From: an uncultured Actinomycetes bacterium
Lineage (GTDB): Bacteria; Actinomycetota; Acidimicrobiia; Spongiisociales; DATADW01
Length of the DNA stretch: 64,000 nucleotides
Reading direction: 5' to 3'
Assembly (NCBI GenBank): GCA_963824995.1
Contig: CAWGRK010000013.1
Span: forward strand, 1-64,000
Positions 31,599 through 41,629 of this stretch are shown in pieces. Position numbers and translations under genes: made by a program. The stretch's first letter is position 1. Every line of letters begins with the position of its first letter. The notes beneath the pieces are model-generated. The model was given only the letters and a program-made list of their open reading frames with translations, searched no databases and was not told the DNA's origin.

Positions 31599-32561
31599 GT
31601 GGCCACGATCCTCGATGTAGCGGCCCGCGCCGGGGTCGGAGTGGGGACTGTCTCGCGAGTCCTCAACGACTCGCCCACGGTCGACGCGGCGACCCGTCAA
31701 TCGGTACTGGCCGCGATCGAAGATCTCGGTTATCAACCCAGTTCGCTCGCCCGCAACCTGTCGCTAGGTCGGAGCAGTTCCGTCTTTGTGGTGCTTCCGG
31801 ACGTGAACGGGACCACGGTGGGCACTCGGTTGCGCGGCGTCCTCGACTCGCTCTCGCTCACCGGGCTCGATCCCGTGCTGCTCGAGGTGCCCGACGAGGA
31901 CCAGGGCCGTGACCGGTTCCGTCGCATCGCCGAGAGGGGAAGATCCGAGGGGGCGGTGGTCATCGACCTCCGGCCGTCGCCGGCCGAGAACGCCATGCTG
32001 CGACGCGCCGGCGCCAGGTGCGTCTTCGTCGGTAGGGATGTGGAGGGATGGCCGGCGGCCTGGGCGGACGAGGCCAGGGGCACCCGGGTCGCCACCGAGC
32101 ACCTGCTCGGTCTTGGGCACCGCGAGATCGCCTACCTGGGTGAGTCGGGGACTTCCGGAGGCTCCACCCGGCGGCTGCGCGGCTTCACCTCCGCAATGAC
32201 CGCAGCTGGGATGTCGCCGAACCGGCAGGCGCTGATCGACGAAGCAGCGTCCGCCGCTGCCATTCTCGACACGGCACCCACCCCCACCACGGTGGTGGCC
32301 GGATCCGATTGGCTGGGCGTGTCGGTGCTCGCCGAGGCTCGGCGCCGTGGCATGCGTGTTCCCGGGGACCTGTCGGTGGTCGGATTCGACGGATCGGATC
32401 TGGCCCGCCACGTGGGTCTCACCACCGTCGGCCAGCAGTTGGCCGAGAGCGGGCGCTGGGCGGTGGAGAACCTCTTGGCGCTCATCGCCGGCTCGGAGGC
32501 CGTGCCTCGTCACCGGCTGCGGATCGAATTGGTCGAGGGTGACTCGACCGGCCCGATCTGA
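31599..32561 (+). CDS. LacI-family transcriptional regulator
   Basis: [35 protein letters not shown]. Confidence 0.95.
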   Translation: MATILDVAARAGVGVGTVSRVLNDSPTVDAATRQSVLAAIEDLGYQPSSLARNLSLGRSSSVFVVLPDVNGTTVGTRLRGVLDSLSLTGLDPVLLEVPDEDQGRDRFRRIAERGRSEGAVVIDLRPSPAENAMLRRAGARCVFVGRDVEGWPAAWADEARGTRVATEHLLGLGHREIAYLGESGTSGGSTRRLRGFTSAMTAAGMSPNRQALIDEAASAAAILDTAPTPTTVVAGSDWLGVSVLAEARRRGMRVPGDLSVVGFDGSDLARHVGLTTVGQQLAESGRWAVENLLALIAGSEAVPRHRLRIELVEGDSTGPI

Positions 32562-32571
32562 AGCAGTCAAC

Positions 32572-33460
32572 TCACTCTGCGGCTATCGCGGCACGGTGCG
32601 ACCGTCGCTCTGCCAAGGCCGCAACGACGACAGGTCGGAGTCGGACACCCACGACCACGATCACCAGAACCAGGATCTGAGCGAAGACGGTGGGAATGAC
32701 GAACTGCAGCAGCGCCAGCGATCCCCCGAGCACCACCGCCGCCACCACCAAACCTGTCAACGATCCGGGTCCACCAAGGATGGTGACCAGAAAGGCGTTG
32801 ACCATGAAGAGCAACCCGTACTGCGGGTCGAGAGTAGACACCGGTGCCAGGACACCACCGGCGAGACCGGCGAGAGCGGCGCCGATGGTGAACAGCCCGG
32901 CGCGCATCGCCCCGACATCGAGGCCCACGCTCTCCGCAAGGTCAGGGTTGGCGACCACGAGCGCGGGCCTTGAGCCCGAAACGGGTGCGCCCCAGCAGCC
33001 ACCAGGTCCCGATGACGAGGAGAACCGCCAGCAGCGCCAGCACCAGCCGCCAGCGGGGGATGTTGATCCCGAGAATCGTCCACGAGCCTCTCAGCAGGTC
33101 GGGGACGTTCCGCGGGCTCGAGGTGTAGATGAGCTGAACGGCCTGCCGGATGATCACCGCCAACCCGAAGGTGGCGAGCAATGAGTCCAGCGGACGTTGA
33201 TAGAGGAAGCGAAGCACGCCCCGCTCCATCGCCAGCCCGACCAGTCCCGCCACCACCGGCGCCGCCAGCATCCCAACAAACACGCTCCCGGTGAGGCCGG
33301 CCACGGCGTAGGTGGCATACCCACCGATCAACAGGAGTTCGCCGTGGACCAGGTTGACCAATCCGAGCATCCCGAACGTGAAGTGGAGCCCGAGCGAAAT
33401 GAGGACGAATACGGCGATGAGGCTGATGGCGTTGAAGGCGTCGACGAACGGCGAGCTCAC
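32572..33460 (-). CDS. branched-chain amino acid/amide ABC permease (UrtB/LivH-like; frameshift ~32950)
   Basis: GLVNLVHGE, LLATFGL, ILGGPGSL. Confidence 0.88.
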
Positions 33461-34155
33461 AACGTCAACCGCCGGTGCAGCTCGCCGCTGTCGTGCAGCT
33501 CGGCGAGCGGTCCGACAGCAACGATCCTGCCCTCTTCGAGGACGTGGGCGGTGCCTCCCAAAGCGAGGGCGGTGTCGATGTTCTGCTCCACCAGCAGGAC
33601 CGAGCGGCCATCGGTGGCGTCGGCCAGCACCTCGAGCAGTTGCTCGACCACCTGCGGTGCCACCCCCTCGGTGGGCTCGTCCAGCAGCAGCAGCCGGGGG
33701 TCGGTCACCAGCGCTTGGGCTACTCCGAGCATCTTCCGCTCGCCACCCGAGAGCGTCTGGGCTTGTTGATGCCGTCTCTCTGCGAGGATGGGAAACCAGC
33801 CCGCTGCTCGACCCACCACCGCATCGGCGTCGTCACTCCCGGTAGCCAGCGCGAGGTGCTCCTCGACGGTGAGTCCGGAGAAGACGCCGTCATCCTGGGG
33901 AACCCACACCACTCCGGACCGGTAGACCCTGTGCCCGGTCCATCCGGTCATGTTCTCACCCAGGGCACGGACGGTTCCCGCCTCGGGTTTGACCAGGCCC
34001 ATCACCGTCTTGAGCAGGGTGGTCTTGCCTGCCCCGTTGCGTCCGAGGAGGCAGCCCACTTCCCCGGCACCGACGCGCAGTGTCACCTCCCAGAGCACCC
34101 GTGCTGTCCCGTAGCCGGCGCTGACCGAGGAAAGCTCGAGGGCTGGCTCGCTCAC
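33457..34155 (-). CDS. ABC ATP-binding protein (UrtE/LivF-like)
   Basis: GRNGAGKT, LSGGE, LLDEPTEG. Confidence 0.92.
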   Translation of the reverse strand: MSEPALELSSVSAGYGTARVLWEVTLRVGAGEVGCLLGRNGAGKTTLLKTVMGLVKPEAGTVRALGENMTGWTGHRVYRSGVVWVPQDDGVFSGLTVEEHLALATGSDDADAVVGRAAGWFPILAERRHQQAQTLSGGERKMLGVAQALVTDPRLLLLDEPTEGVAPQVVEQLLEVLADATDGRSVLLVEQNIDTALALGGTAHVLEEGRIVAVGPLAELHDSGELHRRLTL

Positions 34156-34883
34156 TCCAACCGACCGAGATAGGCGTCGCGCACCGCCGGGTCCGCCTGC
34201 ACCTCATCGACCCCGCCGGATGCGAGCACCCGGCCGCGGTGGAGCACCGTGACCCGGTCGCTGACCAGGCGGATGAAATCGATGTCGTGTTCAACCACGA
34301 CCATTGCCCGCACCCGGCCCGAGCGCTGCAGGCGTTCGATCAGCTCGGCGGTGCGGTGGCTCTCTCCCAGCGTCATCCCTGAGGTTGGCTCGTCGAGCAG
34401 CAGCAACTTGGGACCGGTGAGCAGGACCATCCCGATCTCGAGCCACTGACGCTCGCCGTGACCCAGTTCGGCGGCCAGCGTGGCCTTCTTACCCCCGAGT
34501 CCGATCAGGTCCAACACCTCGCCGACGAGATCCAGGTTCCCCTTTGCGCCTCGCCGCTTCGATTGGGCGCCGAGCCTCATGTTCTCCTCGACGCTGAGCC
34601 GCTCGAACACGCTGCTCACCTGGAACTTGAGTGCTATCCCCAGTTGGGCGCGCCGCCAACCTGGCACGGTGCCTATCTCGGAGCCGAGGAACTCCACCGA
34701 TCCTGTCTCGGGCTCGACCCGGCCCACCACCACATTGAGCAGGGTGGACTTGCCGGCGCCGTTGGACCCGATGAGACCGCGCACCTCTCCCGGATCGACG
34801 ATGAAGTCCACCCGATCGAGGGCGCGGTAGCCGCCGAGGAGGGTGGATATCCCCCGCAGCGCCAGAACCGGAGTGGCGGTCAC
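34152..34883 (-). CDS. ABC ATP-binding protein (UrtD/LivG-like)
   Basis: GSNGAGKS, LGHGERQWLEIGM, VEHD. Confidence 0.92.
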   Translation of the reverse strand: MTATPVLALRGISTLLGGYRALDRVDFIVDPGEVRGLIGSNGAGKSTLLNVVVGRVEPETGSVEFLGSEIGTVPGWRRAQLGIALKFQVSSVFERLSVEENMRLGAQSKRRGAKGNLDLVGEVLDLIGLGGKKATLAAELGHGERQWLEIGMVLLTGPKLLLLDEPTSGMTLGESHRTAELIERLQRSGRVRAMVVVEHDIDFIRLVSDRVTVLHRGRVLASGGVDEVQADPAVRDAYLGRLE

Positions 34884-35893
34884 CGTCGCCCCTCCGGTCC
34901 GGAGAGGAACCCGAACAACCCGCTCGGGAAGAAAAGGATCACTGCCACCAGCACCACTCCCACCACGACGAGCCACGTACCGAGCAGTGTCCCCGAGAGG
35001 CTGGCGGTGAGCATGTTGAGGAGGACCGCTCCGACCACAGGGCCGATCAAGGTCCCCCGCCCGCCGAGCACGACCCACAACAGCACAAGGGTCGAGGCAT
35101 CCACCCCTACGGCGGCGGGGGAGACGATCCCCTCGTGGACGTAATAGAGCGCCCCACAGAGACCGGCCAGCGACGCCGACGACACGAGGACACTCCGCTT
35201 GACTGCGGGCACCTCGTAACCGAGCAGAGCCACCCGGTCCTCGTTCTCGCGGATGCCGAGGTTGACCAGACCGGTCCTCCCTTTGACGAAGGTACGCAAC
35301 CCCGTGTAGGCAGCGACGAGGAGCGCGGCGGCGAGAAGGTAGAAGGGGAGGCGCCGCTGCAGATCTAGCGGTCCGATCTCGATGCGCACATCGAACAGGA
35401 TCCCGTTCTGCCCGCCGGTCACCGACCCGCCGGCGTTCATGAGCCGCTCCAACAGGAAGGAGACGGCAAGCGTCACCACGGCGAACTCCACCCCGCGGAG
35501 AGCGAACCTGCCCGAGAAGGTGAAGGTGCCGATCGCCCATGCCAGGGCCGCAGCCGCCGCCACCCCGATCGCCACGGCCGGCCACAGGGTCAAAGGGAGT
35601 ATCGAGTACTCCTGGGTGGTGAGGATTGCGACGACGTACGCCGCCCCGCCGAAGAAGGCGGCGTGACCGAAGGTGAACATGCCGCCGTATCCCCAGACCA
35701 TGTCGACCGTCATGGCGAAGACGGCAAGCAGCAAGTACCGGCCGAGACGATCGATGGCGAAACTGTCACCCAGGGCGATCGGCGCCACCACGAGCAGGCC
35801 GAGACCGACCAACTCGACAGCGCGTCGCGACGGCGGCCAGCGCGTCCGCTTGGGCGGTGCGTCCGGCGTCAGGATGGGCTGCTCAGTCGCCAT
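34880..35893 (-). CDS. ABC permease (UrtC/LivM-like)
   Basis: WGYGGMFTFGHAAFFG, IRENEDR, GGRGTLIGPV. Confidence 0.92.
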   Translation of the reverse strand: MATEQPILTPDAPPKRTRWPPSRRAVELVGLGLLVVAPIALGDSFAIDRLGRYLLLAVFAMTVDMVWGYGGMFTFGHAAFFGGAAYVVAILTTQEYSILPLTLWPAVAIGVAAAAALAWAIGTFTFSGRFALRGVEFAVVTLAVSFLLERLMNAGGSVTGGQNGILFDVRIEIGPLDLQRRLPFYLLAAALLVAAYTGLRTFVKGRTGLVNLGIRENEDRVALLGYEVPAVKRSVLVSSASLAGLCGALYYVHEGIVSPAAVGVDASTLVLLWVVLGGRGTLIGPVVGAVLLNMLTASLSGTLLGTWLVVVGVVLVAVILFFPSGLFGFLSGPEGRR

Positions 35894-35911
35894 CGCCGAC
35901 GCCGGGAAGGT

Positions 35912-37072
35912 TCACAATTCGCAGGCCTCCTCCGGGTCCTGGTCAGCAAAGGCGTCTACCAGGACATAGCCGTCGCCCTCCGCTCGGACCAGGTGGATGG
36001 TCTGCTTGAGGTGGTGCGAGGGCATCACCTCGACCGTGCCCGTCGGCCCGTCGAACGTCTGGCCCACCATGGCCTCGGCGACCGCTTCGGCCTCGGTCGT
36101 CCCTGCCTGCTCGACGGCCTGCTTGTAGAGGTAAACGGCATCGTATGCACCCACACCCTCGCCACCCGAAGGGATGGCATCCTCGCCGAACTCGGCCTGG
36201 AAGGCCTCGAGGAACTCCGTGGCCTCCGGTGTGTCGATGGCGGTGAAGTAGGGGAGCGTGGTGTACATCCCCTGAGCGAGATCGATGACACCGGGCAGAT
36301 CGGGGTCTCCGACGAAGATGTTGCCCTGGCCGAGACCCTCGAGCAGCCCGGCATCGTCGAGCGCCTGGAGGGCCGGAGCAAAAGCTGCCGGGTAGAGAGA
36401 GAACATGTAATCGGGCTGCGTGTCCCGCACCGCGCTGACCAATTCGGTGAAATCTTCGGCGACCAGTGGCAGGTAGACCTCGCCCACCACCTCGCCTTGG
36501 TTCTCCTCGATGATCGGCTTGGCGATTTCGAAGCTGCGGCGCGGCCATACGTAGTCGGCCCCGAATAGCAGGACTCGGGGACCGAACTCCTCCTGGAGCA
36601 CCGGGATGAAGGGGCGGATCTGCTGGGCGGGCACGGCGCCGAACGAGAAATAAGTGGGGAGGCACTTCCCGCCCTCGTAGGTCTCGGTGTAGAAGAGGAG
36701 CGCCCCGTTGTCCTCGACGACCGCCTGGGCGGCGGCGTCGTTGGCATCGGACCCGATCGGGCCCATCACCAGATCCACCTCGTCGCTCTCGACGAGCTGG
36801 CGGGCCTTGTCCACCGTGGCAGCCACGTCGGTCTGGATGTCCTCGGTGGTCACCTCCACCTGCCGCCCGTCGATGCCACCAGCATCGTTGATTTCTTGGA
36901 TCGCAAGGCGGGCGCTGCGATCTAGCGAGGTCCCATAGGTGGTGAATGGCCCGGTGAGGTCGGCGATGATCCCGATGGAGATCGGATCTGTCTCCTCGGC
37001 GGCGCCGCCCCCGCAAGCCGCCAACGCCACCGCCACCGCCATGACCAAAGTGACCAACCGCCGTGTTCGCAT
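35912..37072 (-). CDS. ABC substrate-binding lipoprotein (UrtA/AmiC-like amide binder)
   Basis: lipobox LAAC, YEGG, GADYVWPR. Confidence 0.9.
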   Translation of the reverse strand: MRTRRLVTLVMAVAVALAACGGGAAEETDPISIGIIADLTGPFTTYGTSLDRSARLAIQEINDAGGIDGRQVEVTTEDIQTDVAATVDKARQLVESDEVDLVMGPIGSDANDAAAQAVVEDNGALLFYTETYEGGKCLPTYFSFGAVPAQQIRPFIPVLQEEFGPRVLLFGADYVWPRRSFEIAKPIIEENQGEVVGEVYLPLVAEDFTELVSAVRDTQPDYMFSLYPAAFAPALQALDDAGLLEGLGQGNIFVGDPDLPGVIDLAQGMYTTLPYFTAIDTPEATEFLEAFQAEFGEDAIPSGGEGVGAYDAVYLYKQAVEQAGTTEAEAVAEAMVGQTFDGPTGTVEVMPSHHLKQTIHLVRAEGDGYVLVDAFADQDPEEACEL

Positions 37073-37133
37073 ACCACCGCCTCCTTCTCGTTTCGGCACC
37101 GATGCTCGTCGAACCGTCCTCGATCCTTGGTGA

Positions 37134-38626
37134 TCACCTGTCCCCGAACGCGGGATCCACCGCAGCACGACGCCCGGTCTCGCCGTACCAGGTGGTCACC
37201 ACGACCTTCTTGTCGGTGTAGAAGTCCACTGCGTCGTTGGCGCGTCCGCGGTGGGAGCCGAAGAGGGATGTCTTGCGCCCACCAACCGGGTAAAAGGCGA
37301 TCGGTGCCGGGGTCCCCACGTTGATCCCAACCTGGCCGACCTGGGCCCGCTGCCGGAACTCACGGGCGACCCCGCCGTGCTCGGTGTACACCACCGCCGT
37401 GTGGCCGTATGTGCTGGCATTGACGATCTCCAGCGCGTCCTCGAGGCCCTGTACCCGGCGGAGGCAACGCACCGGGCCGAACAACTCGCGGTCGAACACG
37501 TCCATCCCCGGTTCGGCGAGAAGCATGGTCGGGCCGAGCCAGAACCCACCGGGATATCTCTCGACGGTGGCTCCTCTCCCGTCGAGGACCAGATCAGCTC
37601 CCTGTTCTACCGCGGTCTCGACCGATTCCTCCAGCATTCGGAGGGCCCGCTCCGAGATCACCGGGCCCATCGTCGTCGAGGGGTCCATCCCGTGACCCAG
37701 CCGAAGGCCACGCACCTCGTCCAGCAGGCGGGGCACCACATCGTCCCAGACCTCGTCGTAGACCAACAGGTTGGAGCCTGCGAAGCAGCGCTGCGAGGCG
37801 TTGCCCAGCATCGAGGAGACGATGTTGGGGAGGCATCGCTCGACCACCGCGCTGTTGGTGACGACGAGGTGGTTCTTCGAGCCTCCTTGGCTCTGGCACC
37901 GCTTCCCGGCGGCGGTGGTCATCGTGTATACCCGGCGGGCGATCTCGGATGAGCCCACAAACGAGATGCCGGCGACCAGGGGGTGAGACGCCAGCGCGCT
38001 GACCACATCTGCGCCACCCAGTACGAGGTTCACCACGCCGGCAGGGAAACCCGCCTCGCCCGCAAGCTCGGCCAGCCTCACTGCGGTCAGCGGGCAGTGC
38101 TCCGAGGGCTTGATCACCACCGTGTTGCCACAGGCGACCGCCCAGGTGAAGTAGAGCGGGATCATCGCCGGGAAGTTGAAGGGAGCGACGATGCCGAAGA
38201 CACCGAGCGGCTCCCGGATGTATTCGGTGTCCACCCCGGTGCCGATCTCTTCCGAGGCGGACCCCTTGATCAGCTCGGGTATGGCGCAGGCGTGCTCGAT
38301 GTACTGCAGGCCCCGAACCAACTCGCCTTTGGCCTCGGCCAGCGTCTTGCCGTTCTCGGCAACGGTGAGCTCGGAGAGCTCGTCGATCGCGCCGCTCACC
38401 AACTCGCGGTAGCGGAACAATGCCGCCGCCCGCTGCGGCACCGGAGTCATCCTCCATTCCCAGAAGGAGTCGTTCGCAGCGGCAACCACCGCGTCCACAT
38501 CGGCGGCGGTGGAGCCCGCTGACGTGCGATGACCTCGCCCGACGCCGGGTCGATGACATCGACATCACCGCCGCCTGGCTCGAACCATTCGCCGCCGGCG
38601 AGGTTGCGGAGGGAGCGGACGCTCAA
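37134..38626 (-). CDS. CoA-acylating (methyl)malonate-semialdehyde dehydrogenase family (frameshift ~38520)
   Basis: PFNFPAMIP, KPSE, FVGSS, GGSKNH, QRC, ELFGP. Confidence 0.88.
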
Positions 38627-39800
38627 TGCCCACCTCCAGCGGACATCCAGGGGATCGAGATGGTGCGAACCGGTGGCGGGGTATTGCGGGACTTGACGAA
38701 GCGGACGACGCCATCGGTCACCGATGCGTAGACCGCCGGCGTGTCTCCGATAGCCAATGACCCGAGGGCATCCCCAGCCTGCGACCCGAGCGGGGCGTCG
38801 GCGATGATCAGGTCGGCCTCCATGCCCTCGGCGACGACTCCCCGGTTCAGTCCGTGGACCCGAGCGGTGTTCCCGGTGGCAAAGGACACCGCCACCTCCG
38901 GTGGGACCCCACCGAAGGCCGCCGCCCAGGAGATGGTGCGGAGCACTCCCAGGGGCACCACACCGGTCCCCGCAGGGGAGTCGGTCCCGACGATCACCCG
39001 GTCGAGAGCGCCCCGCTGGGCGGCGAGAGCGACCACCTCGCCGCATGCCTTGACGTTGCCGTTGTGGACGACCTCGATGGCGGCATCGGACTCGTCGATG
39101 ATCCGGGCGACGTCTTCCAGCGGAGGCGCAGTGGGACCACCGTTGACGTGCGCTGCCACGTCGGGCCGGACGGCAAGGACGAAATCGGCGCCGATGACAC
39201 CACTCCCCGGGATCGAGGCCCCGCCGGTGTGGACGACGACCTTCATTCCGTGAGTTGAGCCCAGCGGACCATGGGCTCGGCCTCCGCCGGGTCCTTCACA
39301 CCCGAGATTCCGATCTCGCCGACGAGACGCACCCCGGCAGCCGCCATTTCTGCGAAGTCCGTCTCGGTGAGCCCGGCTTCGAGCAGCACTGCCCCGGCGA
39401 TCACCTTGGCCCCGCCCGGACGCAGCGACTGAAATGATCGGGCGGCGAGTATGGCGAGCGCCTTGACCCCGGCCGGGTCGGTGGGCCGGCCCGGGGTGTG
39501 GGGCTCGCCTGCGGAGATCATGGTGGTGACCCCGCCGTGTGCATAGCTCTCGAGGAAGTCGAGGATCCGCTGCCTCGGGGAGAAGTCACCTATGACCGGG
39601 TGGATATGCGAGTCGATCAACCCGGGCATGAGTGTGGCGCCGCCGCAGTCGATCACCTTGTCGATGTCGCCCGGGTCGAGGCCACGGCCCACCTCGGCGA
39701 TCAGGCCATCGCGGACCACGACGCTGTCGGCGTCGGCGATCGGAGTGTTTACGTCGCCACTGACCACGGTGGAAGCGTTGACTATGGCGAGGTCGGCCAT
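38623..39800 (-). CDS. enamidase-like amidohydrolase (frameshift ~39250)
   Basis: VSGD...PGLIDSHIH..GDFSPRQ..HGGVTTMISAG.PH.PGRP, HTGGASIPGS, HVNGGPTA, KSRNTPP; colinear with Eubacterium barkeri enamidase as recalled. Confidence 0.85.
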
Positions 39801-39823
39801 CACCGGCCGCCGTTCGCCGGTCG

Positions 39824-40403
39824 TCACCTGAGCCCGTCCTCGCCGACCGCCTCTGAGACGGTCAGCCCTCCGACACGGGGCAGTGGACGGCCACCGTCGG
39901 TCACCGCCACAGCGATGACCATCTCGTCGTCGGCGGGAGCATCCACGATCCGCAACTCCGCAGCGTCGAAATGGCTGCGGACGAATGCCGCGTCCTTGTA
40001 GTGGAGCGGGACATCGATGGGGGTCCCCGGTCCGCCTCGCTTCTTCGCCGACGGGATGATCGCCTTGCCGCCACCACTGGCATCGCGCAACGGGTTGCCG
40101 AACTTGGGGTGGAGCATCGCCGCCACGTGCTCCAACTCGCCGGCCATCCCCACGATCCCGGCCTTGCCGTACGAGTTCACCGGACGCCCCCGAGTTGGGC
40201 ATACCGCCCTCTCGGCGAGGAGCGTGGAGAGGGCGACGCTGGCGTCGGCCAGGTCATCGAGAGACTCCTCGTAACGACCGGCGTGTGGGTTGGTCACCAC
40301 CGCGGCGGCTATGACCCGGGTGACCGGCGGTTCGACCGGTCGTCCCATCTCGGTCCGGGTCTCGTCCACGCAGACCACCAACCTGCGGATGCTTCAGTTC
40401 CAT
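39824..40403 (-). CDS. 'amino acid synthesis' family protein (DUF1185)
   Basis: AAVVTNPHAG, SYGKAGIVG.GELEH, PLHYK...RSHFD, DAPADDE; indel near the start. Confidence 0.85.
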
Positions 40404-40416
40404 CGGTGCCGCCTCC

Positions 40417-41448
40417 CTAAGTCCCAGCGAGGAAGATCATCGATCGCCCTCAGCCAGTGTCGAGCATGGGCTCGACTATGTGGGGGTTATCAGGTCGAGT
40501 TGGCCCGGATCGTTGACCAGGGGCGTCAGGATCAGGTACTGAAGCCCGGCCGCGGCCAATTCGGCGATGGCGCCCATCATGTCATCGATCGGTCCCGGTG
40601 AGGTAGGAGGCCTGCAGGTCCTCGACAGTTCGATGGTGTCCCATCACGTCGAGGAAACGGGGGATCTGGGTACTCGAGTGCCTCCTCCCGGCTGCCCGTC
40701 TCTGTCACATGGAGGAACTGGGTGGCGGCGAATATCAGATCGTCGGGCTCGCGGCCCTGCTCCTCCAGGTGGCTGCGGACCACCTGCCAGTCGCGCTTCA
40801 CGTCGCCAGGGTCCGATCCAGAGGAGCGGGCCATCCAGCCCGACTGCTTGTGCGATCCGGTCGAGGACGCCCTTCGCCATGAACGGCTTGTCGGGGGTGT
40901 CGGGAGCATGGGTCAGCGAGCCGCCAGCCACCCAGAGCGGCGGAGGCTCGGGAATCCGGGGGTGGATGGTCACCCCCTCCACCTCCCAGTAGCGCCCGTT
41001 GAAGGTCACGTCCTCCTCGGTGAGCAGCAGCCGGACCAGGTGGATGGCCTCGTCGGTCCGCCTCCCACGCTCGCGCAAGCGAGATGCCCACAGCATCGAA
41101 TTCGGCCGGGTCCCACCCCACCGCGACTCCGAACCGATAACCGACCCCCCGACAGGAGGTGGATCGAGGCGATCTCCTTGGCCAGGATCACCGGGTGGCG
41201 CAATGGAAGGACCAGCGCAGCGGTCCCAAGTCCGACCCGCGAGGTGACCCCGGCGGCCGCCGAGAGGACGACGAGCGAGTCGAGCCAGGAGACGCCGTAG
41301 ACACCCTTCGATACCAGCAGGTGATCGATCACCCAGATGTCCTCGTAGGGCCCTTCCTCGACCTTCCTGCAGTAGTCGAGCAAACCTTCCGCCTGGTCAT
41401 AACCCATGCCGGCCACGCATATGACGGAAGTCGCAATCCGAATCTCAT
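40417..41448 (-). CDS. LLM-class (luciferase-like) flavin/F420-dependent oxidoreductase (several frameshifts)
   Basis: MRFGLRLP start, WVIDH, GLGTAALVLPLRHPVILAKEIASI..LSGGRL, RGRRTDE, PPLWVAGGS. Confidence 0.85.
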
Positions 41449-41629
41449 CGCCTTGGTGCCCCACCCAGCTCTGTGTCTCGGGATCCGGTCGCGGGAATCT
41501 AGTGATGGCTACCCGTCGATGCGGACGCGGCACACGGGGCCGATCGGGTGCCAAGATTCGGTGATGGACGTTCCGCGCCGGGACCTGGGTACAGGGTGAT
41601 GGCGGTCCACCTTGGAGGCCGTGCCGACG

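Noticed and set aside
32572..37072. Urea transporter urtABCDE
   Set aside because: Same family, but no urease nearby; context favours another amide or heterocycle, so no gene symbols were assigned.
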